A stretch of 64,000 nucleotides of DNA from an uncultured Candidatus Bathyarchaeia archaeon (lineage in GTDB: Archaea > Thermoproteota > Bathyarchaeia > TCS64), in contig CAZPRN010000003.1 in NCBI GenBank assembly GCA_964589605.1, forward strand, positions 135,733 through 199,732, read 5' to 3'. A program made the position numbers and the translations under genes. Positions 8,358 through 18,697 of the stretch are shown piece by piece. Positions within the stretch are counted from its first letter, which is position 1, and the number at the start of each line of letters is the position of its first letter. The notes beneath the pieces are model-generated. The model was not told the DNA's origin and did not search any database. It worked only from the letters and a program-made list of their open reading frames with translations.

Positions 8358-8975
8358 TTAGCCTTCCCGAAGCTTGTCATACATCTTGTCCAGTGTCCAA
8401 CGGAGACTGCTGTTAAGCTCGCGAAGCCGTCTCTCTCCACCATAGTTGGTGATGGTTAGGCTAGTTATCCTCTCTCCATCGGTGTCCACGGTGTACTCTA
8501 GGATGTCCTGTGGCTCAAGCTCGCCGTTGGATGCACGTTCCTGATCAGTCCTCCTCATATTATCGAGGACACGCTCGACAAGAAAGCTCTGGAACGGGGG
8601 GATATCAGTTGTGAACTGGAACACATCAGAGGGTGTGAAAACTAGGCTGTTCCCCTCAACGTTCAAAGCGCCAAGCACTGTGCCGTCCTTTCCTGTGATG
8701 CTCATCTCCTCATCTCCCCCGACAAGTTCGGGGTCTGCTTCTGGCTCGTGTTGAGGTTCAACAGGTTCCTCCACGGGGGCTGGCTTTGGTGGAGTAGTCG
8801 CCTTGGGTACTTGAGATGGTGCTAAGGTTCTGAACCCGGTGTTCACGATGATGTCATTTATCTGCTCAAGGGCTTTCCTGATATCCGCCATCTCTACCTC
8901 GATCTCCCTTAGCCTCGCCTCTAGGGACGCCTTGAACTCTAGCAGCTTCTTTGTCTCGTTCTCCTGAGCCACCAC
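8358..8975 (-). CDS. Hypothetical protein (N-terminal coiled coil, Pro/Glu-rich linker, C-terminal globular domain)
   Basis: 205-aa ORF with coding-like composition. No family motif recognised. Confidence 0.55.
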   Translation of the reverse strand: MVAQENETKKLLEFKASLEARLREIEVEMADIRKALEQINDIIVNTGFRTLAPSQVPKATTPPKPAPVEEPVEPQHEPEADPELVGGDEEMSITGKDGTVLGALNVEGNSLVFTPSDVFQFTTDIPPFQSFLVERVLDNMRRTDQERASNGELEPQDILEYTVDTDGERITSLTITNYGGERRLRELNSSLRWTLDKMYDKLREG

Positions 8976-9047
8976 ATCATCCTCCGGGTACTAGACTATT
9001 CATGGAGAGAGAATTTAAAGGCATAACGTGCACCCCCTTGTAGGAAG

Positions 9048-9914
9048 ATGTTAGGAAGAAAATTTGTGGAGAAGTACCTAGAGCTCAGCAGGATGAAGGA
9101 TAGCTTCCTCTGTGTCGGAGTGGACCCGGCGACGGAGGCTATGAGGGACAGGTACACGGTCCCCCAGAAACTCGTAGAGACGAAAGGAGAGTCAGAGGGA
9201 TTAAAGGAGTTCTGCCTAAACGTCATAGAGGCAGTTACACCCTACGCCCCGGTCATCAAGCCCAACGCCCAGTTCCTGGTCTACGCCCTAGGCTACGATG
9301 GGTTGAAGGAGATAGCTGACAAGATTCATGAGGGAAATAGCCTTGCCCTGCTTGATATCAAGCTCAGCGATATCGGAAGCACGATTGATGCAGGTCTCTA
9401 CTGGATCGACAGGCTTGGCTTCGACGCGGTTACTTTCAGCCCGTTCCCCGGGTACGAGAACGGCGTGGATGCCATCTATAAGTGGAGCGAGGAGAAGCAG
9501 AAAGGAATCTTCGCTTTGTGCAGGATGAGTAACCCAGGTACACATGACTACCAGAGCAGAAAGATGGACGGCGAGATGTTCTACAAGCGATTAGCTAGGG
9601 ACGCCTTCAACCATGGAAGCAATGGATACGTTGTGGGTTGCACGGCTAGCGAGGAGCTGAAGGACATCAGGGAGATCATCGGAGAGGAGACACTGATCCT
9701 TTCACCCGGATTAGGTGCTCAGGGCGGAGACCCCGAGACCGCTTTGAAGTATGGAACCAACAGCAATGGAGAGGGTTTGATAGTCTCATCGTCAAGGGGA
9801 ATCAACTTCGCCTATGAGGCAATGGGGGTTAGCTGGGAGAAGTACGCTGAGGCAAGCGGAAAGACGGCTAAGAAGAAACGTGATGACCTGAACGCCATCC
9901 GAGCAAACCTCTAA
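9048..9914 (+). CDS. pyrF: Orotidine 5'-phosphate decarboxylase
   Basis: LCVGVDP, LLDIKLSDIGST and SPGLGAQGG motifs of OMP decarboxylase. Confidence 0.8.
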   Translation: MLGRKFVEKYLELSRMKDSFLCVGVDPATEAMRDRYTVPQKLVETKGESEGLKEFCLNVIEAVTPYAPVIKPNAQFLVYALGYDGLKEIADKIHEGNSLALLDIKLSDIGSTIDAGLYWIDRLGFDAVTFSPFPGYENGVDAIYKWSEEKQKGIFALCRMSNPGTHDYQSRKMDGEMFYKRLARDAFNHGSNGYVVGCTASEELKDIREIIGEETLILSPGLGAQGGDPETALKYGTNSNGEGLIVSSSRGINFAYEAMGVSWEKYAEASGKTAKKKRDDLNAIRANL

Positions 9915-10194
9915 TTTCTTTTTCTCTGTTTGAGCAGGGTAATTGTTTCTCCAAGTGTATTCATGTATACTTTACCCAGCAGGATAGCATGTTTTACGAT
10001 AAGGGTGCAATGGTTTTGTGCACTTGAACAAAGATATCCAGCATTTTACTGTTCAAACCCATAATAAGAAAAACGTTTACTCAAACGGCGAATAAGTAGA
10101 GGAAATAAGGAATAGAATTCGGAAATATCTATGATTTTTCTTAACCGTAGAGGTTTTAAACACCCTTCTAATAGTTACTTAGAGGTTCAAACGG

Positions 10195-10755
10195 TTGACC
10201 ACTAAGATTTACGAGGTTCGGTTCCACGGCCGAGGCGGCCAAGGAGCATGGACGGCCTCACTTCTTCTCGCACAGGCAGGTTTGAACGAGGAGAAGAACA
10301 TTCAGAGTTTCCCTGCGTTCGGACCTGAGCGTGCAGGCGCGCCTATTACGGCGTTCACACGCATCAGCGAGGAGCAGATTCAGATTCACTCTAGTATCTA
10401 CGAACCCGACGTTGTAGTAGTTCTGGACCCCACCCTTCTCGGCCCAGCCGTGGCGGATGGAATTCAGAAGGACACAAAGCTCATTGTGAACACGGACAAG
10501 GCCGCGAAAGAGGTGCTTGACGTACTCGGACTGGAAGGAATAGAGACATGGACGGTGGACGCCACAACATTGGCGATCGATGTGCTGGGCAGGCCCATCA
10601 CAAACACCGCCATGCTAGGCTCAGTCGTAAAAGCGACTGGAGTTGTCAAGCTTGACAGTCTCACCGAGGTAGTCAAGGCTAGGTTCGACGGTAAGATCAG
10701 TGAGCTCAACGCGGAACTCGTCGAGAAGGCGTACCAGGAGGTAAAGCAAGGATGA
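10195..10755 (+). CDS. porG: 2-oxoacid (pyruvate-type):ferredoxin oxidoreductase gamma subunit, TTG start
   Basis: RFHGRGGQGAWTASLLLA and FPAFGPERAGAP are typical of POR/VOR gamma subunits. First gene of a gamma-delta-alpha-beta operon. Confidence 0.85.
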   Translation: MTTKIYEVRFHGRGGQGAWTASLLLAQAGLNEEKNIQSFPAFGPERAGAPITAFTRISEEQIQIHSSIYEPDVVVVLDPTLLGPAVADGIQKDTKLIVNTDKAAKEVLDVLGLEGIETWTVDATTLAIDVLGRPITNTAMLGSVVKATGVVKLDSLTEVVKARFDGKISELNAELVEKAYQEVKQG

Positions 10756-11021
10756 GTAAACGAGCATGGCAGGATCTCCCCAAGGGAGCCGTGAGCTACA
10801 AGTCCAGCATGGACTACAAGACCGGTGACTGGGGAGTAGACGCACCAAAGATCGACCACAGCAGGTGCACGAAATGCACATTATGCCACTTCTTCTGCCC
10901 AGAGGGAGCCATCCTCATGAGAGAGGACGGATACACGGAGCCAGACCTTGACTACTGCAAGGGATGTGGTATCTGCGCAGTGGAGTGTCCGGTAAAGTGC
11001 ATCGAGATGGTGAGGAAATAA
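10752..11021 (+). CDS. porD: 2-oxoacid:ferredoxin oxidoreductase delta subunit (2x[4Fe-4S] ferredoxin)
   Basis: CTKCTLCHFFCP and CKGCGICAVECP cluster motifs. 4-nt overlap with the porG stop. Confidence 0.85.
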   Translation: MSKRAWQDLPKGAVSYKSSMDYKTGDWGVDAPKIDHSRCTKCTLCHFFCPEGAILMREDGYTEPDLDYCKGCGICAVECPVKCIEMVRK

Positions 11022-12238
11022 TGGTTAAACAGACACTACAGGGACTAAACGGGGACGAGGCGGTAGCATACGCCACAAAACAGGTCAACCCTGACGTTGT
11101 AGCCGCGTACCCCATCACCCCACAGACAATCATCGTAGAGAGATACAGCGAGTACGTCGCCGATGGAGAGGTAGACACCGAGTTCGTAGCCGTAGAGTCG
11201 GAGCACAGCGCGATGAGCTGCAGCGTCGGAGCATCAGCTGCAGGCGCTAGGGCTTTCACGGCAACCGCATCAGCCGGTCTGGCTTTGATGTGGGAGATCG
11301 TGTACATCGCTTCAAGCCTTAGGCTGCCCATCGTTATGGCTCTAGCCAACAGAGCGCTGAGCGGTCCAATCAACATCCACAACGACCACAGCGACGGAAT
11401 GGGTGCCAGGGACACGGGCTGGATTCAGATCTACTGTGAGAACTCACAGGAAGTATACGACGCATCAATCCAGGCATGGAGGATCGCGGAGCACCTGAAG
11501 GTACAGCTACCAGTCATGGTCTGTCTGGACGGCTTCACCCTCAGCCACACCATGGAGAACGTGTACACCCTTGAGGACAAGGACGTGAAAGCTTTCGTAG
11601 GAGAGCGTCCATTCATCGAGGTAGAGGGACATATGGGCAAGGGCGAGCTACGGCTCAACCCAGATATGCCACTCACAATGGGCCCACTGGACCTGCAGGA
11701 TTTCTACTTTGAGCACAAGATGCACCAAGTGGAGGCGCTCAACGATGCCCTTGATTATATCAAGGAGATTGACGACGAGTACGAGAAGCTAAGCGGACGT
11801 AGGTACGATTACGCCGAGCCTTACATGATGGAGGACGCAGAGGTAGCCCTAATTGGAATGGGCAGCATGGTTGGAACCATCAGGTACACCGTTGACGAGC
11901 TGCGAGCCGAGGGAATCAAGGCAGGCATGGTTAAACTCAGGCTTTTCAGGCCATTCCCAGCTGAGTACATCAAGAAGGCAGTCGGCAATGTCCCAGTGTT
12001 GGGCGTCATGGAGAAGTGTATCAGCTTTGGTGCACCAGCAAGTCCATTGATGGAGGAGATAATGACCGCTTACTACCACGACAAGGAGAAGCCATTGATG
12101 GCAAACTACGTCGTCGGTCTAGGAGGCAGGGATGTATCCCCAGCCATGATCAGGGAAGCCTACATGGCGATGCTGAAGGCAAAAGAGGCCGGCAAGGTGG
12201 AGAAATTCATGAGCTACATAGGAGTCAGAGGTGAGTAA
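11021..12238 (+). CDS. porA: 2-oxoacid:ferredoxin oxidoreductase alpha subunit
   Basis: GDEAVAYA..AAYPITPQT..ESEHSAMS..GARAFTATASAGL are hallmarks of POR alpha. The ATG at 11021 overlaps the porD TAA stop. Confidence 0.9.
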   Translation: MVKQTLQGLNGDEAVAYATKQVNPDVVAAYPITPQTIIVERYSEYVADGEVDTEFVAVESEHSAMSCSVGASAAGARAFTATASAGLALMWEIVYIASSLRLPIVMALANRALSGPINIHNDHSDGMGARDTGWIQIYCENSQEVYDASIQAWRIAEHLKVQLPVMVCLDGFTLSHTMENVYTLEDKDVKAFVGERPFIEVEGHMGKGELRLNPDMPLTMGPLDLQDFYFEHKMHQVEALNDALDYIKEIDDEYEKLSGRRYDYAEPYMMEDAEVALIGMGSMVGTIRYTVDELRAEGIKAGMVKLRLFRPFPAEYIKKAVGNVPVLGVMEKCISFGAPASPLMEEIMTAYYHDKEKPLMANYVVGLGGRDVSPAMIREAYMAMLKAKEAGKVEKFMSYIGVRGE

Positions 12239-12239
12239 G

Positions 12240-13220
12240 ATGGCGGACAGACTAACACTGAAAGACGCGGCATACATCAAGGACACCTTGATGAGCGGCC
12301 ACAGGCTATGCGCCGGATGCGCACACCCAATCGTTGGCAGGATGATTATGAAGGCAGCAGCCGACATCCCGACAATAGTCACCAACGCCACGGGTTGCCT
12401 TGAGGTAGCAACAACCATCTTCCCGTTCACAAGCTGGAACGTGCCATGGCTCCACAACGCATTCGAAAACGCGGCGGCAAACGCAAGCGGAATCGAGGCA
12501 ACATGGAAGGCACAGAGAAGAAGCGGAAAGGGTCCACTCGCCAAGTACGAGAAGCTCAACGTCATCGCCTTCGCTGGTGACGGAGGAACCTATGATATCG
12601 GCTTCCAGGCACTCTCAGGTGCACTTGAGCGTGGACACAACTTCACCTACGTGCTCATGGACAACGAGGCCTATATGAACACGGGTATCCAGCGTAGCGG
12701 TGGAACACCACTCGCGGCGAGCACGACAACCAGCCCAGCTGGTAGCGTGATCCCGGGCAAGGCGGAGTGGAAGAAGCCCATCGACGACATCATGGTTGCA
12801 CACGACATCCCATACGTCGCCACGATGAGCCCAGCCTACCCACAGGATGTACTGGACAAGAGTAGGAAGGCTTTCAACACATGGGGACCCAAGTTCCTGC
12901 ACGCGTTCATCCCCTGTACAAGAGGCTGGAGGTATCCAACTAAGGACTCTGTGACACTAGCGAGGCTGGCAACACAGACATGCATCTTCCCGCTCTACGA
13001 GGTGGAAAGGGTTGACGGCAGGCCAGCGTACAAGCTAAGCGGACCAAGCGCAGCAATCGCACGGCGCCCGGAGTCCAAGAAGCCAGTCGAGGAGTACCTA
13101 AAGACGCAGGGAAGATTCAGGCACATATTCAGGCCAGAGGAGAACACTGAGCTCCTGCAGGCTATCCAGGAGGGTGTTGACCATAGGTGGCAGCTCCTCT
13201 TGGAGAAGTGCAACCTCTAA
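12240..13220 (+). CDS. porB: 2-oxoacid:ferredoxin oxidoreductase beta subunit (TPP-binding)
   Basis: CAGCAHP, GDGGTYDIGFQALSGA and DNEAYMNTGIQRS TPP/FeS motifs. Confidence 0.9.
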   Translation: MADRLTLKDAAYIKDTLMSGHRLCAGCAHPIVGRMIMKAAADIPTIVTNATGCLEVATTIFPFTSWNVPWLHNAFENAAANASGIEATWKAQRRSGKGPLAKYEKLNVIAFAGDGGTYDIGFQALSGALERGHNFTYVLMDNEAYMNTGIQRSGGTPLAASTTTSPAGSVIPGKAEWKKPIDDIMVAHDIPYVATMSPAYPQDVLDKSRKAFNTWGPKFLHAFIPCTRGWRYPTKDSVTLARLATQTCIFPLYEVERVDGRPAYKLSGPSAAIARRPESKKPVEEYLKTQGRFRHIFRPEENTELLQAIQEGVDHRWQLLLEKCNL

Positions 13221-13669
13221 TCCTCTTTTTCTCTCCAATACGATTTTTCCCATTTCTCAGGCAAACCAGGAATGATGTTAAACAACGGGTGAGCCTCAAG
13301 TTCAGTTACCTCTAGGTTTTCATAGTATTTCATTGGAGAACGGGTCTTGAGCCTGTCCTGTAGTATCTGGAACTCGTACTCGATCTGACCTAGGGTGATG
13401 TCAATTGGTTCGACAATTGCGTCTGGGAAGAGTATTTTGGAGTAATTGTACTTGTATCCTCTTCTCAGGCTCTCGTTGTGTATCACCCTGAGATAATAGC
13501 TCACAGCCTCCAATGGCTTTGAATGGGCTTTGAATCGGTCAAGTTGGGGGTGGTTCTTCCAGCCCTTGGTCTTGCCCTCGGTGACATTCTGGGCGAGAAG
13601 TCCTTCCCTCCACTGGGCTCCTAGCCCCTTCCAGTCAAGGTACGAGGGGTGGATTGACCAGATGCGCAT
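13217..13669 (-). CDS. Pyrimidine dimer DNA glycosylase / endonuclease V-family protein
   Basis: MRIWSIHPSYLDWKGLGAQWREGLLAQ..NHPQLDRF matches the conserved N-terminus of this family, recognised from memory. Confidence 0.6.
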   Translation of the reverse strand: MRIWSIHPSYLDWKGLGAQWREGLLAQNVTEGKTKGWKNHPQLDRFKAHSKPLEAVSYYLRVIHNESLRRGYKYNYSKILFPDAIVEPIDITLGQIEYEFQILQDRLKTRSPMKYYENLEVTELEAHPLFNIIPGLPEKWEKSYWREKED

Positions 13670-13745
13670 ACATGTTCTGTTACACTACCACTCTTAATGG
13701 TAATGAACAGGGTATTTACCACGCCGTTTCCCAGCAAATCATGTT

Positions 13746-14273
13746 ATGGAATATTCAACCCTAGGAGGAGGATGTTTCTGGTGCACCGAGGCTGTTTTCC
13801 TTGAGATAGAGGGAGTGGAAAAGGTTGTGCCCGGGTATTCCGGGGGACACGTTGAGAATCCCACCTACAAGCAGGTAGTGACGGGCTCAACGGGTCACGC
13901 AGAGGTGATACAGGTAACATTTGACCCCGAGATCATCCCTTACAAGGAGATACTTGAGATATTCTTCACAATGCACGACCCCACTAGCCTGAACAGGCAG
14001 GGGGCGGATGTCGGCACCCATTACAGGTCAGTCATCTTCTACCACTCGGAGGAGCAGAGGAAGGTCGCTGAGGAGTTCATCAAAGAGATGAACGAGACTA
14101 ACGTGTTCAACCTACCAATCGTAACCCAGCTGATTCCCTTTGAGAAGTTCTACGAGGCGGAGGACTACCACCTAAACTACTACAACCGTAACAAGAACCA
14201 GGGATACAGCCAGTACGTGATAGCCCCCAAGCTCAAGAAAGTTGAGAAGGAGTTCAAGCACCGCATCAAATGA
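13746..14273 (+). CDS. msrA: Peptide-methionine (S)-S-oxide reductase
   Basis: [21 protein letters not shown] and GHAEV motifs. Confidence 0.9.
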   Translation: MEYSTLGGGCFWCTEAVFLEIEGVEKVVPGYSGGHVENPTYKQVVTGSTGHAEVIQVTFDPEIIPYKEILEIFFTMHDPTSLNRQGADVGTHYRSVIFYHSEEQRKVAEEFIKEMNETNVFNLPIVTQLIPFEKFYEAEDYHLNYYNRNKNQGYSQYVIAPKLKKVEKEFKHRIK

Positions 14274-14315
14274 TTCATTAAGTTTTTCAGCCTCCAAATA
14301 TGGGAGGCATTACAT

Positions 14316-15287
14316 TTGATTGATAGATACACGGCCGCGATAATCCAGTTCCGGCGCATCGACCCCGAAGACATCCCAAACGTCGATGACCGACGGAAGG
14401 CAAACCTTGAGAAGCTACTCAAATCATTCGAGAGTCTGGACACGTGGAACGTGATTGACCCAGTTAAGCTGGTTGTCTGCCCTGAGAACATTTTTAGGCA
14501 CGAGTTCAACGCAAAGGAATCAAACCAGGCGGCTAGAGTCGCGTCGGCTGTAACAATCCCCGGACCCGAGACAGATGAGATCGCTGAGATGGCGAAGAAA
14601 TACAACGCCTACATTAGCATGAGTATGCACGAGAGGGACCCGCAGTACCCGGAATACTTTATGAACGCTGCATTCATCATGAACCCAAAAGGGAGGATTA
14701 TCCTGAAGTTCAGGAAGATCAACCCATGGATACCTTTGGAGGTATCGACATCACCCCATGATATCCCAAACTACAAGGAGGACATGTTCCCGGTAGTAGA
14801 GACTGAGTTGGGCAACCTTGCCTGCATGGTGTGCTATGACCAGTTCTTCCCCGAGGTAGCCAGGCAGCTAACATTCAACGGCGCAGAGGTCATATTGAAG
14901 CCAACTATTTTCCCGCCCTACCCGCAGCACATGAACTATGAGCCTTACGACTGGTACACAGTGGTGAACAAGATGCGCAGCATCGAGAACATGGTCTATG
15001 GTGTCAACTGCAACAGCGGCAAATACGGACACAGTATGATAGTTGACTACTTGGGACGAGTAATAGCTCAGGGAGCCAAGGGAAGGCAGATGACAATCGG
15101 GGCAACGATTGATGTACAAGCCCTCAGAGACTACAGAAACAAGACCCAGCTACACAACATGGTTCAGCAGGTCAGGACCGAGTGCTATACATACCTCCAG
15201 AAACCCATGTGGCCCAAACACAAGCCACTCCTAGAGGAGGATGACTACCCCAAGTGGGCACCAAAGCCGGAGTTCTATAAGGAGTAA
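14316..15287 (+). CDS. Carbon-nitrogen hydrolase (nitrilase superfamily) paralog 1, TTG start
   Basis: Candidate Glu-Lys-Cys triad in VVCPENIF, RKINPW and CMVCYDQFFPE. Confidence 0.8.
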   Translation: MIDRYTAAIIQFRRIDPEDIPNVDDRRKANLEKLLKSFESLDTWNVIDPVKLVVCPENIFRHEFNAKESNQAARVASAVTIPGPETDEIAEMAKKYNAYISMSMHERDPQYPEYFMNAAFIMNPKGRIILKFRKINPWIPLEVSTSPHDIPNYKEDMFPVVETELGNLACMVCYDQFFPEVARQLTFNGAEVILKPTIFPPYPQHMNYEPYDWYTVVNKMRSIENMVYGVNCNSGKYGHSMIVDYLGRVIAQGAKGRQMTIGATIDVQALRDYRNKTQLHNMVQQVRTECYTYLQKPMWPKHKPLLEEDDYPKWAPKPEFYKE

Positions 15288-15409
15288 CCCACATCCTCTG
15301 GGACACTTTTCTGCTCAAATGTCCCATATCAATCAACTCATTTAATAGCTATGCGCGATCTCAGGCATCTCCGTAACCAATATTTGCGCATATAAGCAGG
15401 TGAAATTGA

Positions 15410-16387
15410 TTGATTGACAGATATACCGCCGTCATTATACAGTTCAGAAGAATCGACCCAGAGGAAATCCCGGACGTAGACAAGCGCAGGGAAGCTAACC
15501 TCAGGAACGTTTTGAAGAGCTTCAACAGCATCGAGACATGGGATGTTATAGACCCCGTGAAGCTCGTTGTGCTGCCCGAGAACATACTGAGGCACGAGTT
15601 CGACACCAAGGACCCAACCCAGACCCAAGCCGACAGGGTTGCTACCGCTGTAACTATCCCCGGGGAAGAGACCGAGGCACTCGCCGAGAAGGCGAGGCAG
15701 TACAACACCTACATCTGCACATCAATCCACGAGAAGGACCCCAAGTACCCGGAATACTTCGTGAACACGGCGTTCATCATGAACCCCAAGGGCAAGATCA
15801 TCCTCAAGTACAGAAAAATCAACCCATGGATACCACTGGAGCTCTCGACAAGCCCCCATGACATCGAGAACTATGAGGAACCCATGTTCCCAGTAGTTGA
15901 AACAGAGCTTGGTAACCTCGGTTGTTACGTCTGCTACGACCAGTTCTTCCCCGAGGTTGCCAGACAGCTAGCGTTCAACGGCGCCGAGGTTTTGTTGAAG
16001 CCAACCATTTTCCCTCCGTATCCGCAGCATATGGCGAACGAGCCCTATGATTGGTACACCATTGTCAACAAGATGAGGAGCATCGAGAACCTGGTGTACG
16101 GTATCAACGCGAATGGAGCAAAGTACGGCAACAGCATGATCGTTGACTACCTGGGCAGGACCATCGCAAAAGCGTCCCAGCACTTCCAGATGACCATCGG
16201 AGCAACCATTGATGTGCAGGAGCTAAGGGATTACCGAAAGAAGGCACAGCTCCACAACATGCTCCAGCAAGTCAGAACCGAGTGCTACACATACCTCAAC
16301 AAGCCCATTTGGCCGAAAAACAGGCCACTGCTCAAAGAGGAAGACTACCCCGATTGGGCTCCAGAGCCCAAATCCTACGATTTCTGA
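15410..16387 (+). CDS. Carbon-nitrogen hydrolase (nitrilase superfamily) paralog 2, TTG start
   Basis: Collinear with the upstream paralog over its full length, with the same triad contexts (VVLPENIL, RKINPW, CYVCYDQFFPE). Confidence 0.8.
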   Translation: MIDRYTAVIIQFRRIDPEEIPDVDKRREANLRNVLKSFNSIETWDVIDPVKLVVLPENILRHEFDTKDPTQTQADRVATAVTIPGEETEALAEKARQYNTYICTSIHEKDPKYPEYFVNTAFIMNPKGKIILKYRKINPWIPLELSTSPHDIENYEEPMFPVVETELGNLGCYVCYDQFFPEVARQLAFNGAEVLLKPTIFPPYPQHMANEPYDWYTIVNKMRSIENLVYGINANGAKYGNSMIVDYLGRTIAKASQHFQMTIGATIDVQELRDYRKKAQLHNMLQQVRTECYTYLNKPIWPKNRPLLKEEDYPDWAPEPKSYDF

Positions 16388-16463
16388 CATATTGTTGTTT
16401 CTCAATAACACACTCTAAGGGATATATACAATACACTGGGTTCTCTGTGCAGGAGAATACAGT

Positions 16464-17312
16464 ATGGAGCACCCATTCGTAGTTGCGCTTATCCCAGCGT
16501 TCAACGAAGAGAAACGAATAGGTGCCGTTCTAGAGAAAACGGTTGGGTTAGTTGATGAGGTTCTTGTCTGCGACGACGGGTCAACGGATAAAACCGTTGA
16601 GGTAGCCGAGTCGTATGGTGCGAAAGTCATCAGACACGAGGAAAACAAGGGCTACGGTGGAGCGATAAAGACTCTATTTAACGAAGCTAGATCACGGAAG
16701 GCTGACATAGCCATCACACTTGACTCCGATGGTCAACACAAACCCGAGGACATCACCCGACTAGTCACCCATATGGTCATGAACCAAGTGGACATAGTCA
16801 TAGGTTCCAGGTTCATCGAATCCATGACAAAGTTCCCGCTATATAGAAAGATCGGGATAGCAGTGATCAACAAGCTGACGTCGAAGGACTCCAAGATATC
16901 GGACACCCAGTCAGGTTTCAGGGCATACTCCGGCGACGCATTACAGTCTCTGAACCTAGAGGAGGAGGGAATGGGTGTAAGCACCGAGATTCTCCTCAAA
17001 GCCGAAAAGCAGGGATTATCCGTTGGGGAGGTTCCTATCGAGGTCTTCTATTTCGAGGATTCGTCAACCCATAACCCGGTGACACATGGATTATCCGTGG
17101 TTTACTCCAGCCTCAAGCACATTACAGTCAAGCAGCCGTTTGTGTTCATCGGCGTGCCGTATATTGCCTCGATGCTCTTATTCTGCCTTATTATTCTGGG
17201 GAGGGTTTACGGCGTAGCAGCGGTATCGGCAGTAATCGAGGATAACATGTTGTTGCTGGTAACCTCATTGGTATCCGCAGTGGCCTCGATAGTTGCACGA
17301 TTCAGGATATAG
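16464..17312 (+). CDS. GT2-family glycosyltransferase (dolichyl-phosphate sugar synthase-like) with C-terminal TM helices
   Basis: VALIPAFNEE..VCDDGSTDKT..LDSDGQH..SGFRAY motifs of GT-A family 2. Confidence 0.8.
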   Translation: MEHPFVVALIPAFNEEKRIGAVLEKTVGLVDEVLVCDDGSTDKTVEVAESYGAKVIRHEENKGYGGAIKTLFNEARSRKADIAITLDSDGQHKPEDITRLVTHMVMNQVDIVIGSRFIESMTKFPLYRKIGIAVINKLTSKDSKISDTQSGFRAYSGDALQSLNLEEEGMGVSTEILLKAEKQGLSVGEVPIEVFYFEDSSTHNPVTHGLSVVYSSLKHITVKQPFVFIGVPYIASMLLFCLIILGRVYGVAAVSAVIEDNMLLLVTSLVSAVASIVARFRI

Positions 17313-17381
17313 ATTGTAGTTCCATCTGACCACACTCACAGACATATATGTCAACATCAATAGATTTTCAGCCATCGAAAG

Positions 17382-18644
17382 GTGGCACTGATGGTAATCA
17401 CGCAGCAAGAGATACCAAACATCGAGTTATACAGGGAGATGCAGGAGAGCAAGTCAAGGATCGAGCAGGTTAGAAACCCCGAAACGAGGCTCGCAAAGAA
17501 GATACTCACTATATCAGCCGCGATTGACCTTGAGCTACCGTATGGACTGACACCTGCGACATGGCAGACATTGAAAGCGTTCTACGAGCTGGGCTGCGAG
17601 AACATAGTGGTCCCTTACAGGGGCAGAGCACAGCAGAGCCTCTGGTGGAGAACCTACGATAACCCATGCTATCTTGAAGGCGAGATAGCCTACAAGCTCA
17701 CACAGCTTATGCCCAAGCCCAAGAAAGCCAAGAATCAAAACGGTGAGGGATTTATGCCCAAGATCGCAAGAGCTTTCACCACCCCCAAGTGGAAAAAGCA
17801 TATCACCAAGATAATGGACGATGAGCCCGACATTGAAGTCGTTTACTTCGTCCAGATACCGTTAAACCAGATACGGGGACTCGCAAAATACATCAGAGAC
17901 AATTATGACATTCCATGCGTCTACTTTGAGGCAGACGTACCAACATCTCTACCAGAGAACGGGGGCTTCAGCTTCAGCCACTTCATCGGTTCAGACATCA
18001 CCGAGTTCGACTCATTCATCGTTGGATCCGAGGGCTCAGCTCCAAGGCTCTACGAGATGGGTGCTAACGAGGTTTTCATCTCACACTTTGCGGTAGACCC
18101 AGACGTGTTCAAACCAGTTAACGCGGTGAAGACCAACGATGTCTTCTTCTCGGGAAAAGGCGGCAAGGGCAGAGAGAAAGCGATCACAGACCTGATGGTC
18201 GAGCCATCGAAGAAGATGGACGCCAAGTTCATGGTCAGCGGCGGCGGATACGATTTCCCGCTGGGAAACGTCAAGAGCATCCCCCACATGCCGTTCAGCT
18301 CGTGGAGATACTACGTTGCATCGAGTAAGATCAACCTCAACATCGCTAGGGGAAAACACGCAACAGTCTACGCTACATCAACCTCAAGGCCATTCGAGCT
18401 TGCAGCCATGAAGAGCTGCATCGTCTCATGCGAGTACAACGGGCTTGAGAACTGGTTCGACCTAAAGAACGAGATACTGGTTGCACGTGACTCAGATGAG
18501 GCAACGGAGCTGTATAACTGGCTTCTCCACGACGAGGAGGAGCGGAACAGGCTTACCATCAACGCCTATAACCGGGTGATCCGGGAGCACACCTTCAAGC
18601 ACAGGTGCACAAAGATCCTGGAGCACATTGACAGGTTGTCATAG
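17382..18644 (+). CDS. CgeB-like glycosyltransferase (GT-B-fold C-terminal domain)
   Basis: C-terminal RPFELAAMKSCIVS..GLENWF..EILVA..EATELYNWLLHDEEER..NAYNRVIREHTFKHR resembles the CgeB/DUF3880-type family. Confidence 0.5.
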   Translation: MALMVITQQEIPNIELYREMQESKSRIEQVRNPETRLAKKILTISAAIDLELPYGLTPATWQTLKAFYELGCENIVVPYRGRAQQSLWWRTYDNPCYLEGEIAYKLTQLMPKPKKAKNQNGEGFMPKIARAFTTPKWKKHITKIMDDEPDIEVVYFVQIPLNQIRGLAKYIRDNYDIPCVYFEADVPTSLPENGGFSFSHFIGSDITEFDSFIVGSEGSAPRLYEMGANEVFISHFAVDPDVFKPVNAVKTNDVFFSGKGGKGREKAITDLMVEPSKKMDAKFMVSGGGYDFPLGNVKSIPHMPFSSWRYYVASSKINLNIARGKHATVYATSTSRPFELAAMKSCIVSCEYNGLENWFDLKNEILVARDSDEATELYNWLLHDEEERNRLTINAYNRVIREHTFKHRCTKILEHIDRLS

Positions 18645-18697
18645 ATTGACACATACAAATACATTATATTCAAAAAACTGAGAAAAGGTTGAAAACA

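Noticed and set aside
10464-10881. Minus-strand ORFs antisense to porG/porD (131 and 86 aa)
   Set aside because: They are Ser/Thr/Val-rich low-complexity translations lying entirely inside strongly supported por genes, which is typical of antisense shadow ORFs in GC-rich coding DNA. The same reasoning applies to most other short antisense ORFs in the track.
14180-15708. Two similar minus-strand ORFs (14180-14605 and 15361-15708) that look like a paralog pair
   Set aside because: Their similarity is only the mirror image of the duplicated CN-hydrolase N-termini on the plus strand, and the sequences are Ser-rich and lack motifs.
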